Part shown: in pieces, positions 8,057-15,595 of the stretch | How positions within the stretch are numbered: the stretch's first letter is position 1 | Layout of the letters: each line of letters opens with the position of its first letter | Assembly (NCBI GenBank): GCA_011364975.1 | Contig: RDOE01000073.1 | Location: 1 to 15,595 of the forward strand | DNA length: 15,595 nucleotides | Direction of reading: 5' to 3' | From: Promethearchaeota archaeon | GTDB lineage: Archaea; Asgardarchaeota; Lokiarchaeia; Sigyniarchaeales; SOKP01 | Program-made: the position numbers and the translations under genes | The notes under the pieces: generated by a model | Database searches by the model: none | The model's input: only the letters and a program-made list of their open reading frames with translations | Told to the model about the DNA's origin: nothing

Positions 8057-8245
8057 GTGAATTTGATGGAAAATAAAGAAAAAGTGGTTGACATATTTAA
8101 GAGTAGTAAGAGTCCCCTAAGACCAGGAGATATTGCTGCTAAAAGTGGAATCGATTCAAAGGAAATTTCAACCATAATTAAAGCATTAAAGGAAGAAGGA
8201 AGGGTTTATTCACCTAAGCGCTGTTATTATGCCCTAAAAGAGTGA
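8057..8245 (+). CDS. Small winged-helix DNA-binding protein (true start may be ATG at 8066)
   Basis: HTH pattern PLRPGDIAAKSGIDSKEISTIIKALKEEG followed by the wing RVYSPKRCYY. Confidence 0.8.
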   Translation: MNLMENKEKVVDIFKSSKSPLRPGDIAAKSGIDSKEISTIIKALKEEGRVYSPKRCYYALKE

Positions 8246-8387
8246 ATTATTAGAGAAGTGCATATACCCTTTACAGGAACATTCAGATACAATTGGATAT
8301 TTTAACGATAGACTATTTATTCTATAACATTTTTTTTGAAACACTTAGAAGTCAATTAATAGCCTTGACTCTGGAGAAACAGCACCC

Positions 8388-8606
8388 ATGTTTGGTTATG
8401 AAATTCCTTTAGTCAATCCTATAAATTTTCGTTATAACCAGAGGAGTATGTCCTTTGATTTAGTGTTTCCTAAAAAATTTGGGAAGAAAAAGGTTTTCAT
8501 CACAATTATTCCAAAAGAAATATTAAAAGGGGTAAATAAAAAAGAGTACAAAGATAATTATGAGCTTTTAATAGATATATACGATTTTATTTGTAGTATG
8601 AAATAA
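8388..8606 (+). CDS. Hypothetical protein, possibly a 5'-truncated gene remnant
   Basis: 72-aa ORF with protein-like composition. The frame is open from 8349, after a TAG at 8346-8348. No recognisable motif. Confidence 0.4.
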   Translation: MFGYEIPLVNPINFRYNQRSMSFDLVFPKKFGKKKVFITIIPKEILKGVNKKEYKDNYELLIDIYDFICSMK

Positions 8607-8634
8607 AGCAACCAAAAAAATAGACAAAATAAAG

Positions 8635-8928
8635 TTATCGTTCTGTGTAACCTATAAATCCCGCGATTAAAATTAATATTCCACCTGCTAAGCTACTAAA
8701 TATTATTGCGATTATTCCTATGCCAACATACAAGAGCCAATTCATTGGTACTGGATTACCTGGTCTTATTACACTAAATAAAACTATAACTGCTAAAACA
8801 ATAGATACTATAAGGATCGCAACTCTAGAATAATCATAATTTCTCTCATTAAATCCTAGTAAAGTCTCAATTAATGTAATTGCACCCCCAATCCCAGCCA
8901 ATAATCTCATTAAATCTTCTTCTCTCAT
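8635..8928 (-). CDS. Small hypothetical membrane protein (3-4 TM helices)
   Basis: 97 aa with Gly-rich hydrophobic segments (AGIGGAITLI; LAGGILILIAG). GGGA lies upstream of the ATG, and a T7 tract on the minus strand (8614-8620) follows the stop. Confidence 0.75.
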   Translation of the reverse strand: MREEDLMRLLAGIGGAITLIETLLGFNERNYDYSRVAILIVSIVLAVIVLFSVIRPGNPVPMNWLLYVGIGIIAIIFSSLAGGILILIAGFIGYTER

Positions 8929-9106
8929 ATTATATTCCCATTTTCTTATTTTTTCATTTTTTGTTCTTATGCTTGGCTATATATACTCTTCAAAAATAAA
9001 TTTGATAATATAAAAGCAATTGGAATAACTTTTAATTAAAGAGAGAGAATACTATAAAACGCTTGACAATTTGCTTATTCATTTTACATTTATGAACAAC
9101 TATTTG

Positions 9107-9136
9107 TGTGCTAAAATATCTTTTTTTGTGCTAAAA
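9107..9136. repeat. Direct repeat TGTGCTAAAA x2, 20-bp period
   Basis: Exact 10-mers at 9107-9116 and 9127-9136, in the divergent intergenic region 8929-9205. Confidence 0.8.
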
Positions 9137-9205
9137 GAACATATTTTCATTTTTTGTTATCATTTAAATAAGAAATGTATTATATAATTAGATAGAAAAC
9201 CCTAG

Positions 9206-9754
9206 GTGATAAAAATAGTCCTATCTAAATCTTCATTTTACATGATTGATGATTGTTTTATTAATTGGGATAAGGGAACTGGAGGTTATAATACGCCACC
9301 AATCATTGGATGTGTAATTTCTGATAAAGATGGGAAAAATATCGCTACTTTTGAGATATTTCATAATGCCTTAAATCATTTTATATTAGGAGAAGAAAGT
9401 AAAAATAATTCGTTTAATTCTGATTTAGTTCCTATGTATACGAGTGCAATAGAACTGCTCTCAGAGGAATTGCATATTGATAATTTACCTTATATCGATA
9501 TAAAGGGTTCCAATATTAAATTACATATCATATTCAATTTTGAACATTTTACGGTTACTCTTTTCTTGCATCCGTCTGTTGATTTTGAGAAGTTAGAAAA
9601 AGTGACAAGGAATTACCTTTCAAACTTATTTGAAGAATTTAATGATGAATTTCAAGGATCAAAAGAAATAAGTTCAAAAGAATTTATATATTTTCTTGAG
9701 CGAGTTGGTTGGAACTGGTTGTTGAATCTAAATTATGAATATGTATCATTTTAG
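9206..9754 (+). CDS. Hypothetical protein with a longin/roadblock (profilin-like) fold; start uncertain
   Basis: Pattern beta-beta (IIGCVISDKDGKNIATF), helix (DLVPMYTSAIELLSEEL), three strands (YIDIKG, IKLHIIF, FTVTLFL), then helices (LEKVTRNYLSNLFEEF...). An alternative in-frame ATG is at 9242. Confidence 0.65.
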   Translation: MIKIVLSKSSFYMIDDCFINWDKGTGGYNTPPIIGCVISDKDGKNIATFEIFHNALNHFILGEESKNNSFNSDLVPMYTSAIELLSEELHIDNLPYIDIKGSNIKLHIIFNFEHFTVTLFLHPSVDFEKLEKVTRNYLSNLFEEFNDEFQGSKEISSKEFIYFLERVGWNWLLNLNYEYVSF

Positions 9755-9917
9755 TTGAAAAATTAAAATGAAATTAAAATAACTTCTTTTTTATAATTTA
9801 TAGATTTAAGTTGAATTATAGTTGCGTCAATATGTGAGGTTAGATAGAAAAATAAATTTCTTCCAATAACTTTTAACTTTATAATATTTTTATTCTTTAA
9901 GGATATTTTTTAACTTT

Positions 9918-10553
9918 TTGATTATGGGAATTAGGGGATACTCCTATGAACGAGTCATAGGAAGTCATATTATATTAATAGGGACTATTGTAGGGCTTTT
10001 GGTTTTAATTGCATCCATTATTCTCTATATATCTTGGGACCCTACATTCAGCTTTATGACACATTGGATTAGTAATTTAGGAATAGGTCCTAATGGATCG
10101 AGTAGTTTATTTAATGGAGGAATGATTTATGCAGGTATTATGATTTGGTTTTATAGTCTTATATTAGCTCGATATCTTCATAAAAATGGCGCATTAAAAT
10201 TGTTAATTATTATTTGTTTCGGATGTGGATTAGTGTTAGGTGTTGGACTTCTTCTTACAGGAATTTTTCCAATGGAATTGGTCTTTGGTATGCATAATAT
10301 TGCTGCAGGATTATTTTTCTATGGAGGCATGTTCAGTTGTATGTTTTATGGAATTACTGCTTACATCACTCCAAACATCTCTAAATTTTACGCAGCATCG
10401 GGTTTCTCAGCAGCGATGATTTTTCTCCCTTATCTTATACTAAATTTGTTGCCAATTTATATAGGGATCATAAAGTTAGCAGAATGGGCTGTATTTTTTG
10501 TGGTTCCTTTCTGGGTCATGTCTCAGGGCTTTTTAATGTTACTTGGTAAGTGA
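9918..10553 (+). CDS. DUF998 / Frag1-like multi-pass membrane protein (start possibly ATG at 9924)
   Basis: About 6 TM segments. Motifs HWISNLG, FNGGMI, GIFP, HNIAAGLFF and EW are typical of DUF998 proteins. Confidence 0.7.
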   Translation: MIMGIRGYSYERVIGSHIILIGTIVGLLVLIASIILYISWDPTFSFMTHWISNLGIGPNGSSSLFNGGMIYAGIMIWFYSLILARYLHKNGALKLLIIICFGCGLVLGVGLLLTGIFPMELVFGMHNIAAGLFFYGGMFSCMFYGITAYITPNISKFYAASGFSAAMIFLPYLILNLLPIYIGIIKLAEWAVFFVVPFWVMSQGFLMLLGK

Positions 10554-10636
10554 GGCTTATTTTGATATTATTAAATCCAAACATTTAAGAAAATTATTTC
10601 TTTTCCTTTCAAAAAGGAATAATATAAGGATTATTT

Positions 10637-11542
10637 ATGGAAAGTTTCATTCGACCACTTTCAGAAGAATTTAAGAGTATTTATTTTATAGAAGGTGAAA
10701 GAAATGCTCGCTATCCTTATTCACATTCGATGATATTTGGAGATTATTTAATTGATACGGGGATATCTCCAAAACGGTTAAGAAAAGTTATTAAATCTTT
10801 CCAAATTAACCATGTGCTTTTAAGTCATTGGCATGAGGATCATATCTCTGGCAACTATTTAATTAAGAATAAAAGATTTTATTGTCATGAAAAAGACAAA
10901 CCAATTATCGAAGATATCAGTAAAATGAATTTATATTATAATACTGAAAATACTCCAGTTGGTGAGGAATTAAAAAACCTACTTGATGTATTGCGAATGC
11001 AAAATACTTTTGTGGATTATACTATAGAAAATGATCAAACATTTCAAATATCAGCTGATTTAGATTTGCAAGTAATACATACACCTGGTCATACAGCGGG
11101 TCACTGTGGTTTTTACGAGAAAAACTCAAAAATTTGTTTTTTTGGAGATATAGATCTTACAAAATATCCATATTATGGAAGTATTGACGCATCATTAATA
11201 GAATTCGAACATTCAATCGAGATACTAGAGAATTTGGACATTGAAATTGCGGTCACAGGTCATAAAAATCCAATAATTGGTAAATCAGAAATTAAAGAAG
11301 AGTTTGAAAGATATAAATTGATCCTCAAACAGAGAGATGAGAGGATATTAATGAGATTCAGAGAATTTGATAAACCAATTAATTCAATCGATCTTCAAGG
11401 TCAGAACCTTATCTATACAAAGTATACTATCTTCAAAAATTTCGAATTAATAAGTGAAATATTGATGCTGAATAAACATTTTGAAAAATTAGAAAAAGCT
11501 GGGCAAATAATTAAAGAAAAAAATGGATTTATCCTCAATTAA
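10637..11542 (+). CDS. Metallo-beta-lactamase-fold hydrolase
   Basis: LIDTG, HxHxDH (SHWHEDH), HTPGHTAGH, FFGD and VTGH. SD AAGGA upstream of the ATG. Confidence 0.92.
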   Translation: MESFIRPLSEEFKSIYFIEGERNARYPYSHSMIFGDYLIDTGISPKRLRKVIKSFQINHVLLSHWHEDHISGNYLIKNKRFYCHEKDKPIIEDISKMNLYYNTENTPVGEELKNLLDVLRMQNTFVDYTIENDQTFQISADLDLQVIHTPGHTAGHCGFYEKNSKICFFGDIDLTKYPYYGSIDASLIEFEHSIEILENLDIEIAVTGHKNPIIGKSEIKEEFERYKLILKQRDERILMRFREFDKPINSIDLQGQNLIYTKYTIFKNFELISEILMLNKHFEKLEKAGQIIKEKNGFILN

Positions 11543-11548
11543 TACAAA

Positions 11549-13027
11549 TTAAGATTTTTCTTTATCTTTAGCTAACTTTTCAAGTTTGCTTGGCATTCCT
11601 TCATCATGAGAAACTGATTCTGGAAGCTTCCTCATGATCTCTTTGATATTTATTCCTCTTTTTTGAAGAGTTCCTTTTCTTATCCAATATACAATTGCAC
11701 CTATACCTGTGAATGGAAAGACAATTATAGCAATAATTGCACCTGCATCTGGATCAGTAAATAGAAGTAACAAAAATAACAAAGAAAATATCGCACCAAG
11801 ACTTCCAATAATTTTTAATGAAGTGGGAGAGGGTTTAAAACCTGCATTTTCATGCCATTCTGGAAACTTTTTTTTAAAGATGATTGCACCGATACAAAGT
11901 GGGATTTGAATAATTAACACCACTACTCCAACAATTGCACTCAAAAGTGCAGCTGCTATTTCAATTGTTATACTTGAATCAAGTGCTGTCAATAGAGGTA
12001 TAAATGTTATTAGGAAAATCATTCCCACAACCAATAGAAGTGTTAGAGCATGAATGGGTGTCTTTTGTTTTTCATGAACTTTAGAAAATCTTTTTGGAAA
12101 GAGAAATTCTCGGCTGATCATTAAGATATCTCTAGAATAAGCCATATAGGATGGATGTATGGTAGAGGCTATAGCAATAGCAATAAGGATAGCCATAAAA
12201 ACAACCATACCTTGGGGAAGTAAGCTCCCAGTTAAAATAATCTCTATAACTGTTCCAACTGGAGCATTCCATGGTTGAATTCCTGCAACCATTAAAGCTT
12301 GTAGAGTATATAATGTAATTAATAGAATAAAACTAATAAATAAGGCTCTTGGGATATTTTTTCTGGGATTTTTAACCTCCCCAGCAACATCTAATATTAA
12401 AGTAAACCCCACATAGGAAAAGAAAAAAACCAAAGCTGCAAATAGCACGGGACTTAAACCTAAAGGGAAAAAGTTAGTAAAGTTTGAAGGATTAAATACT
12501 GGGATTGCTGCTACAATAAATATCACCATTACTAAAATATCACCTAAAAGAGTAATAATCAATTCGACTAATCCCGAGAATTCGATTTTAATCCAATTTA
12601 GAAAGTAAAAAGCAACCAATACTAATAACCCAATAACTATTACAAATATCATTTCCATTTCAGCAGGAATTAGGAAAGCATCAGCCAAGAATACACCAAA
12701 AGTAGTCGCTAAATATGCTAATGTAGACCCTACCGCTAAAATAATTAGCCATACTGCCATAAAGCCTCCAAATCCACCTAAAATTCTGCTGCTTATGACA
12801 TAAGAACCCCCAGCTACAGGAAAAGCTGACCCCAGATAAGCTGAAATATAAGCGACAAAGATTGCCGGTATAACGGCAATTAAATATGCGAGAAACATAG
12901 CTGGTCCAGTCCTAGAAAGATAAGCAGCCGGATTCACCCATATTGAAGCTCCAATTACCATCCCTACAATGATGAAAATAGCCATCGGTAAATTTAAACC
13001 ACGTTTTAATTCTTTATCTTCAACCAT
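11549..13027 (-). CDS. APC-superfamily amino acid permease
   Basis: About 12 TM. ELKRGL, GMVIGASI, FPVAGGSY, FFSYVGF, AGEVKNPRKNIPRAL and FPKRFSKVH..QKTP. Convergent with the MBL gene, with 6 nt between the stops. Confidence 0.93.
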   Translation of the reverse strand: MVEDKELKRGLNLPMAIFIIVGMVIGASIWVNPAAYLSRTGPAMFLAYLIAVIPAIFVAYISAYLGSAFPVAGGSYVISSRILGGFGGFMAVWLIILAVGSTLAYLATTFGVFLADAFLIPAEMEMIFVIVIGLLVLVAFYFLNWIKIEFSGLVELIITLLGDILVMVIFIVAAIPVFNPSNFTNFFPLGLSPVLFAALVFFFSYVGFTLILDVAGEVKNPRKNIPRALFISFILLITLYTLQALMVAGIQPWNAPVGTVIEIILTGSLLPQGMVVFMAILIAIAIASTIHPSYMAYSRDILMISREFLFPKRFSKVHEKQKTPIHALTLLLVVGMIFLITFIPLLTALDSSITIEIAAALLSAIVGVVVLIIQIPLCIGAIIFKKKFPEWHENAGFKPSPTSLKIIGSLGAIFSLLFLLLLFTDPDAGAIIAIIVFPFTGIGAIVYWIRKGTLQKRGINIKEIMRKLPESVSHDEGMPSKLEKLAKDKEKS

Positions 13028-13176
13028 AATAACTTTACACTTATGTCTAATTTGCTAATAAATGTATTCGATAAAATATCAAATTATATCATTTTTAGAT
13101 TAGATTCTATTTAAACTTTTAATATTTTTTAAAATTAGGTACGGTTATGAATGAAATACGATGTAAATTCAATTTT

Positions 13177-14376
13177 TCAGAATCGTTTGTTTAATCTCTC
13201 AAGTAAGTTCTTCTTTCGTTGAAGTTTCTTTTTTAATTGATTTAAAGCGTCTTCGACAGCAAATTCATAGAGGGATATGCCTTTATTATTCGCTCCATTT
13301 ATCACCTCAAAAGTTTTATCAGTTATTTTTGATTTAATGAATTCGAAGATTTCATCAGCATTTTTAGCTACTTTATTAACCAAGATTGCTAAAACTTCCC
13401 CCGCATTAGCAACAAAATCAGGAAAAGCAATAATTTCTTTCTCTTTTAAAGTATCCACGATGCCCTTTTCATATGGGATATTAGCAGCGGGAACAATTGC
13501 GATAGCATCAATCCTATCTACATTATGTTTATTAATTACATCAGGACGTGCTCCTGGAATTATGAAGTCTGTTCTATAATCTTTAGAAATTTCAAAGAGC
13601 TTTTCTTTTTCGAGGTGTAGCACATTTTTACTTTCAAATTGATTAACTAAATCATCACCATAACACTGTTTAAGTTTTAGTAATTCTTGAATATCAAATC
13701 CATCATCATCAAAAATTGCGCCTTTGATGGTGGATAACCCGGTCAATATAAAGCCCAGCTCATCTAAAGCTATAGCTAAAGCAGTACCTACTTTCCCAAA
13801 TCCTTCTAAAATAACTTTGGGTTTTTTATCGGTATCTCTTTGAATTGGAGAAATCTTGCTGAGATTATGATAAATTACCTCTAAGCAGTTTACTACCCCA
13901 TATCCAGTAAATAACTCTTCCACAGGAATTTCATGCTTTTTTAATCCGATTGCTTTAGGAGCAAGATTAGGAATTCCCATGATGTTAAATATTTTAAGTA
14001 AATCACGGTCATCTGTACCCATATCGGGTCCAGGATAATAAACATCATTTTTAACATACGTTTCAATCGCATTAGCAAAACCAGTTAGTAAGATATTCTT
14101 ACTTTCTGTATCGAGAGGATCTCCCCAAATTCCTGCCTTAGCACCACCTACTTTGAGCCTATAAGCACAAAATTTCAAGGACATGGCTCGAGCTAATCGT
14201 ATCATTTCATCTAAAGAGATATCCGGTGCAAGTCTTACACCACCAGCAGGTATGCCATTTACTGTATTATCTATAACTAATACCGCGTTAAGATTAATAG
14301 AGGGATTTTTAAGAATAATTATCTCTTCTGGCCCAATATCGTCTAAGAGAGAATAATCTTTTATATTGAAATTCAT
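13177..14376 (-). CDS. Glu/Leu/Phe/Val dehydrogenase family protein, probably not glutamate-specific
   Basis: GGVR, AMSLK (K68), GGAKA (K80), GPDMGT, TGYGV, Rossmann GFGKVG, AANIP and PDFVANAG. Confidence 0.9.
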   Translation of the reverse strand: MNFNIKDYSLLDDIGPEEIIILKNPSINLNAVLVIDNTVNGIPAGGVRLAPDISLDEMIRLARAMSLKFCAYRLKVGGAKAGIWGDPLDTESKNILLTGFANAIETYVKNDVYYPGPDMGTDDRDLLKIFNIMGIPNLAPKAIGLKKHEIPVEELFTGYGVVNCLEVIYHNLSKISPIQRDTDKKPKVILEGFGKVGTALAIALDELGFILTGLSTIKGAIFDDDGFDIQELLKLKQCYGDDLVNQFESKNVLHLEKEKLFEISKDYRTDFIIPGARPDVINKHNVDRIDAIAIVPAANIPYEKGIVDTLKEKEIIAFPDFVANAGEVLAILVNKVAKNADEIFEFIKSKITDKTFEVINGANNKGISLYEFAVEDALNQLKKKLQRKKNLLERLNKRF

Positions 14377-14522
14377 CTTAATGTCTATTTGATCAACTTT
14401 AAAATTGTAATATAGTTAATTCTTAATTAAGTTAATATTAAATCTTAATCATATTTTTGATTATTATGTAAATAAGTCGATTTAATTACAAAATTTTTTT
14501 AATATCATTAATTTTGATTCTT

Positions 14523-15595
14523 ATGGATAATAAACAGCCAATATTATTTGAAGCCTATCCAAATTTGGAAGGCAAGGTCCCTTGGATTCCAATTCTAACA
14601 AATATTCCTACTAATATTGATCGTTTAACAGAATTAGAGAAGCATTTTGGGATAAATAATGGAAGAATTTATATTAAACGAGATGATAAAAATCATCACA
14701 TTTATGGTGGGAATAAACTTAGAAAATTTGAGTTTATTTTTGGGAAAATTTTAAAAAATAAAAAGAAGGCAGTGGTGACTAATGGTGGAATTGGGACTAA
14801 TCATGGGTTAGCGTGTGCGATTGTCTGTAAACAAATGAAACCCCCTCTTAAATGCCAATTATATCTTTTTAACCAACCAATAACATGGCATGTTCAAAGA
14901 TCATTACTGTTATTGAATTATTTTGGTGCTAAAATCCATCTTGGAAAGGGAGATATCGGTACTTTCGTTAAGTTTCTATTTTTTAAACTACTACATCCTA
15001 AATACTTCCTGATGTTTCCGGGAGGATCCCCTTTATTTGGAATAGGCTCACCATTAGGTACAGTTGGTTTTGTTAACGCAGCTTTTGAATTGAAAAAGCA
15101 AATAGGGGAAGGAATAATACCTGAACCAGATATAATATTTGTAGCAGGTGGTTCAGTAGGTACAGCTGCAGGACTTATTGCTGGTTGTAAGTTAGCGAAG
15201 TTAAAAACAAAAATACATGTTGTTGCTGTGTATACTGATTTAACCTCAAATCCATCCTCTGTTAAGAAGAATTCTAATAAAGTTATTAAGTATCTAAGAA
15301 AGAAAGACAAATTCCTTCCAAATATAGAAATAACAGAATCAGATTTTGAATTTATTACCGGATATTTGGGAACGGGTTATGGTACTAAAACAAAAAGAGG
15401 ACAAAATGCTGTTGATAAAGTATATGAGATAGAAGGAAGCAGAAGAGATTTTAAACTTGAAACAACTTACACCGGAAAAACAATGGCTGCAATGTTTGAT
15501 TACTTGAACCAAGAAGAAAATAAAAACAAAATTACCTTATTTTGGAACACCTATAACTCAAATGATTTAGATGAGTATCTTAGAGAAACTAATTT
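14523..15595 (+). CDS. D-cysteine desulfhydrase / ACC deaminase family PLP enzyme (3' end outside the window; absent from the ORF track)
   Basis: Manual translation from ATG 14523: MDNKQPILFEAYP...YIKRDD...YGGNKLRKFEF (PLP Lys at 14715-14717)...GGIGTNHG...FPGGS...GFVNAAFEL...IFVAGGSVGTAAGL...GTGYG...LETTYTGK...LFWNTYN. No stop codon before 15595. Confidence 0.9.
   Translation, partial: MDNKQPILFEAYPNLEGKVPWIPILTNIPTNIDRLTELEKHFGINNGRIYIKRDDKNHHIYGGNKLRKFEFIFGKILKNKKKAVVTNGGIGTNHGLACAIVCKQMKPPLKCQLYLFNQPITWHVQRSLLLLNYFGAKIHLGKGDIGTFVKFLFFKLLHPKYFLMFPGGSPLFGIGSPLGTVGFVNAAFELKKQIGEGIIPEPDIIFVAGGSVGTAAGLIAGCKLAKLKTKIHVVAVYTDLTSNPSSVKKNSNKVIKYLRKKDKFLPNIEITESDFEFITGYLGTGYGTKTKRGQNAVDKVYEIEGSRRDFKLETTYTGKTMAAMFDYLNQEENKNKITLFWNTYNSNDLDEYLRETN

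Noticed and set aside
8243-8305. Selenocysteine read-through at the wHTH TGA
   Set aside because: The domain is already complete, the extension has no redox-motif context, and no SECIS was recognised.
11709-11909. 66-aa plus-strand ORF
   Set aside because: Antisense shadow of the permease.
13277-13579. 100-aa plus-strand ORF
   Set aside because: Antisense shadow of the dehydrogenase.
14422-14441. Adjacent palindromes CTTAATTAAG and TTAATATTAA in the divergent spacer
   Set aside because: Almost purely A/T in an extremely AT-rich spacer, so not distinguishable from chance without comparative data.
14918-15310. 130-aa minus-strand ORF in the supplied track
   Set aside because: Antisense to the real plus-strand PLP enzyme starting at 14523, which carries clear family motifs.

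Overview
AT-rich archaeal DNA, most consistent with an Asgard (Lokiarchaeia-like) chromosome. This is an inference from the archaeal TFB, the archaeal/eukaryote-type ProRS and a longin/roadblock-like protein. Gene order: tfb; a cluster of three paralogous ~400-aa membrane proteins, each fusing a bacterial-type PlsY (glycerol-3-phosphate acyltransferase)-like domain to a CTP-dependent lipid-kinase domain (Dgk1/phytol/dolichol kinase family), interrupted by a 266-aa soluble protein; proS; a small winged-helix protein; two small hypothetical ORFs; a longin-like protein; a DUF998-like membrane protein; an MBL-fold hydrolase; then an amino-acid utilisation module. That module comprises an APC permease, a Glu/Leu/Phe/Val dehydrogenase with an atypical substrate pocket, and a divergent D-cysteine desulfhydrase/ACC deaminase-family gene that runs off the window end and is missing from the ORF track. 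The most interesting element is the PlsY-kinase triplet: it looks like ester-lipid-type machinery in an archaeon, the paralogs differ at catalytic positions, and no plsX or plsC is present in the window. No RNA genes, CRISPR arrays or mobile elements were recognised.
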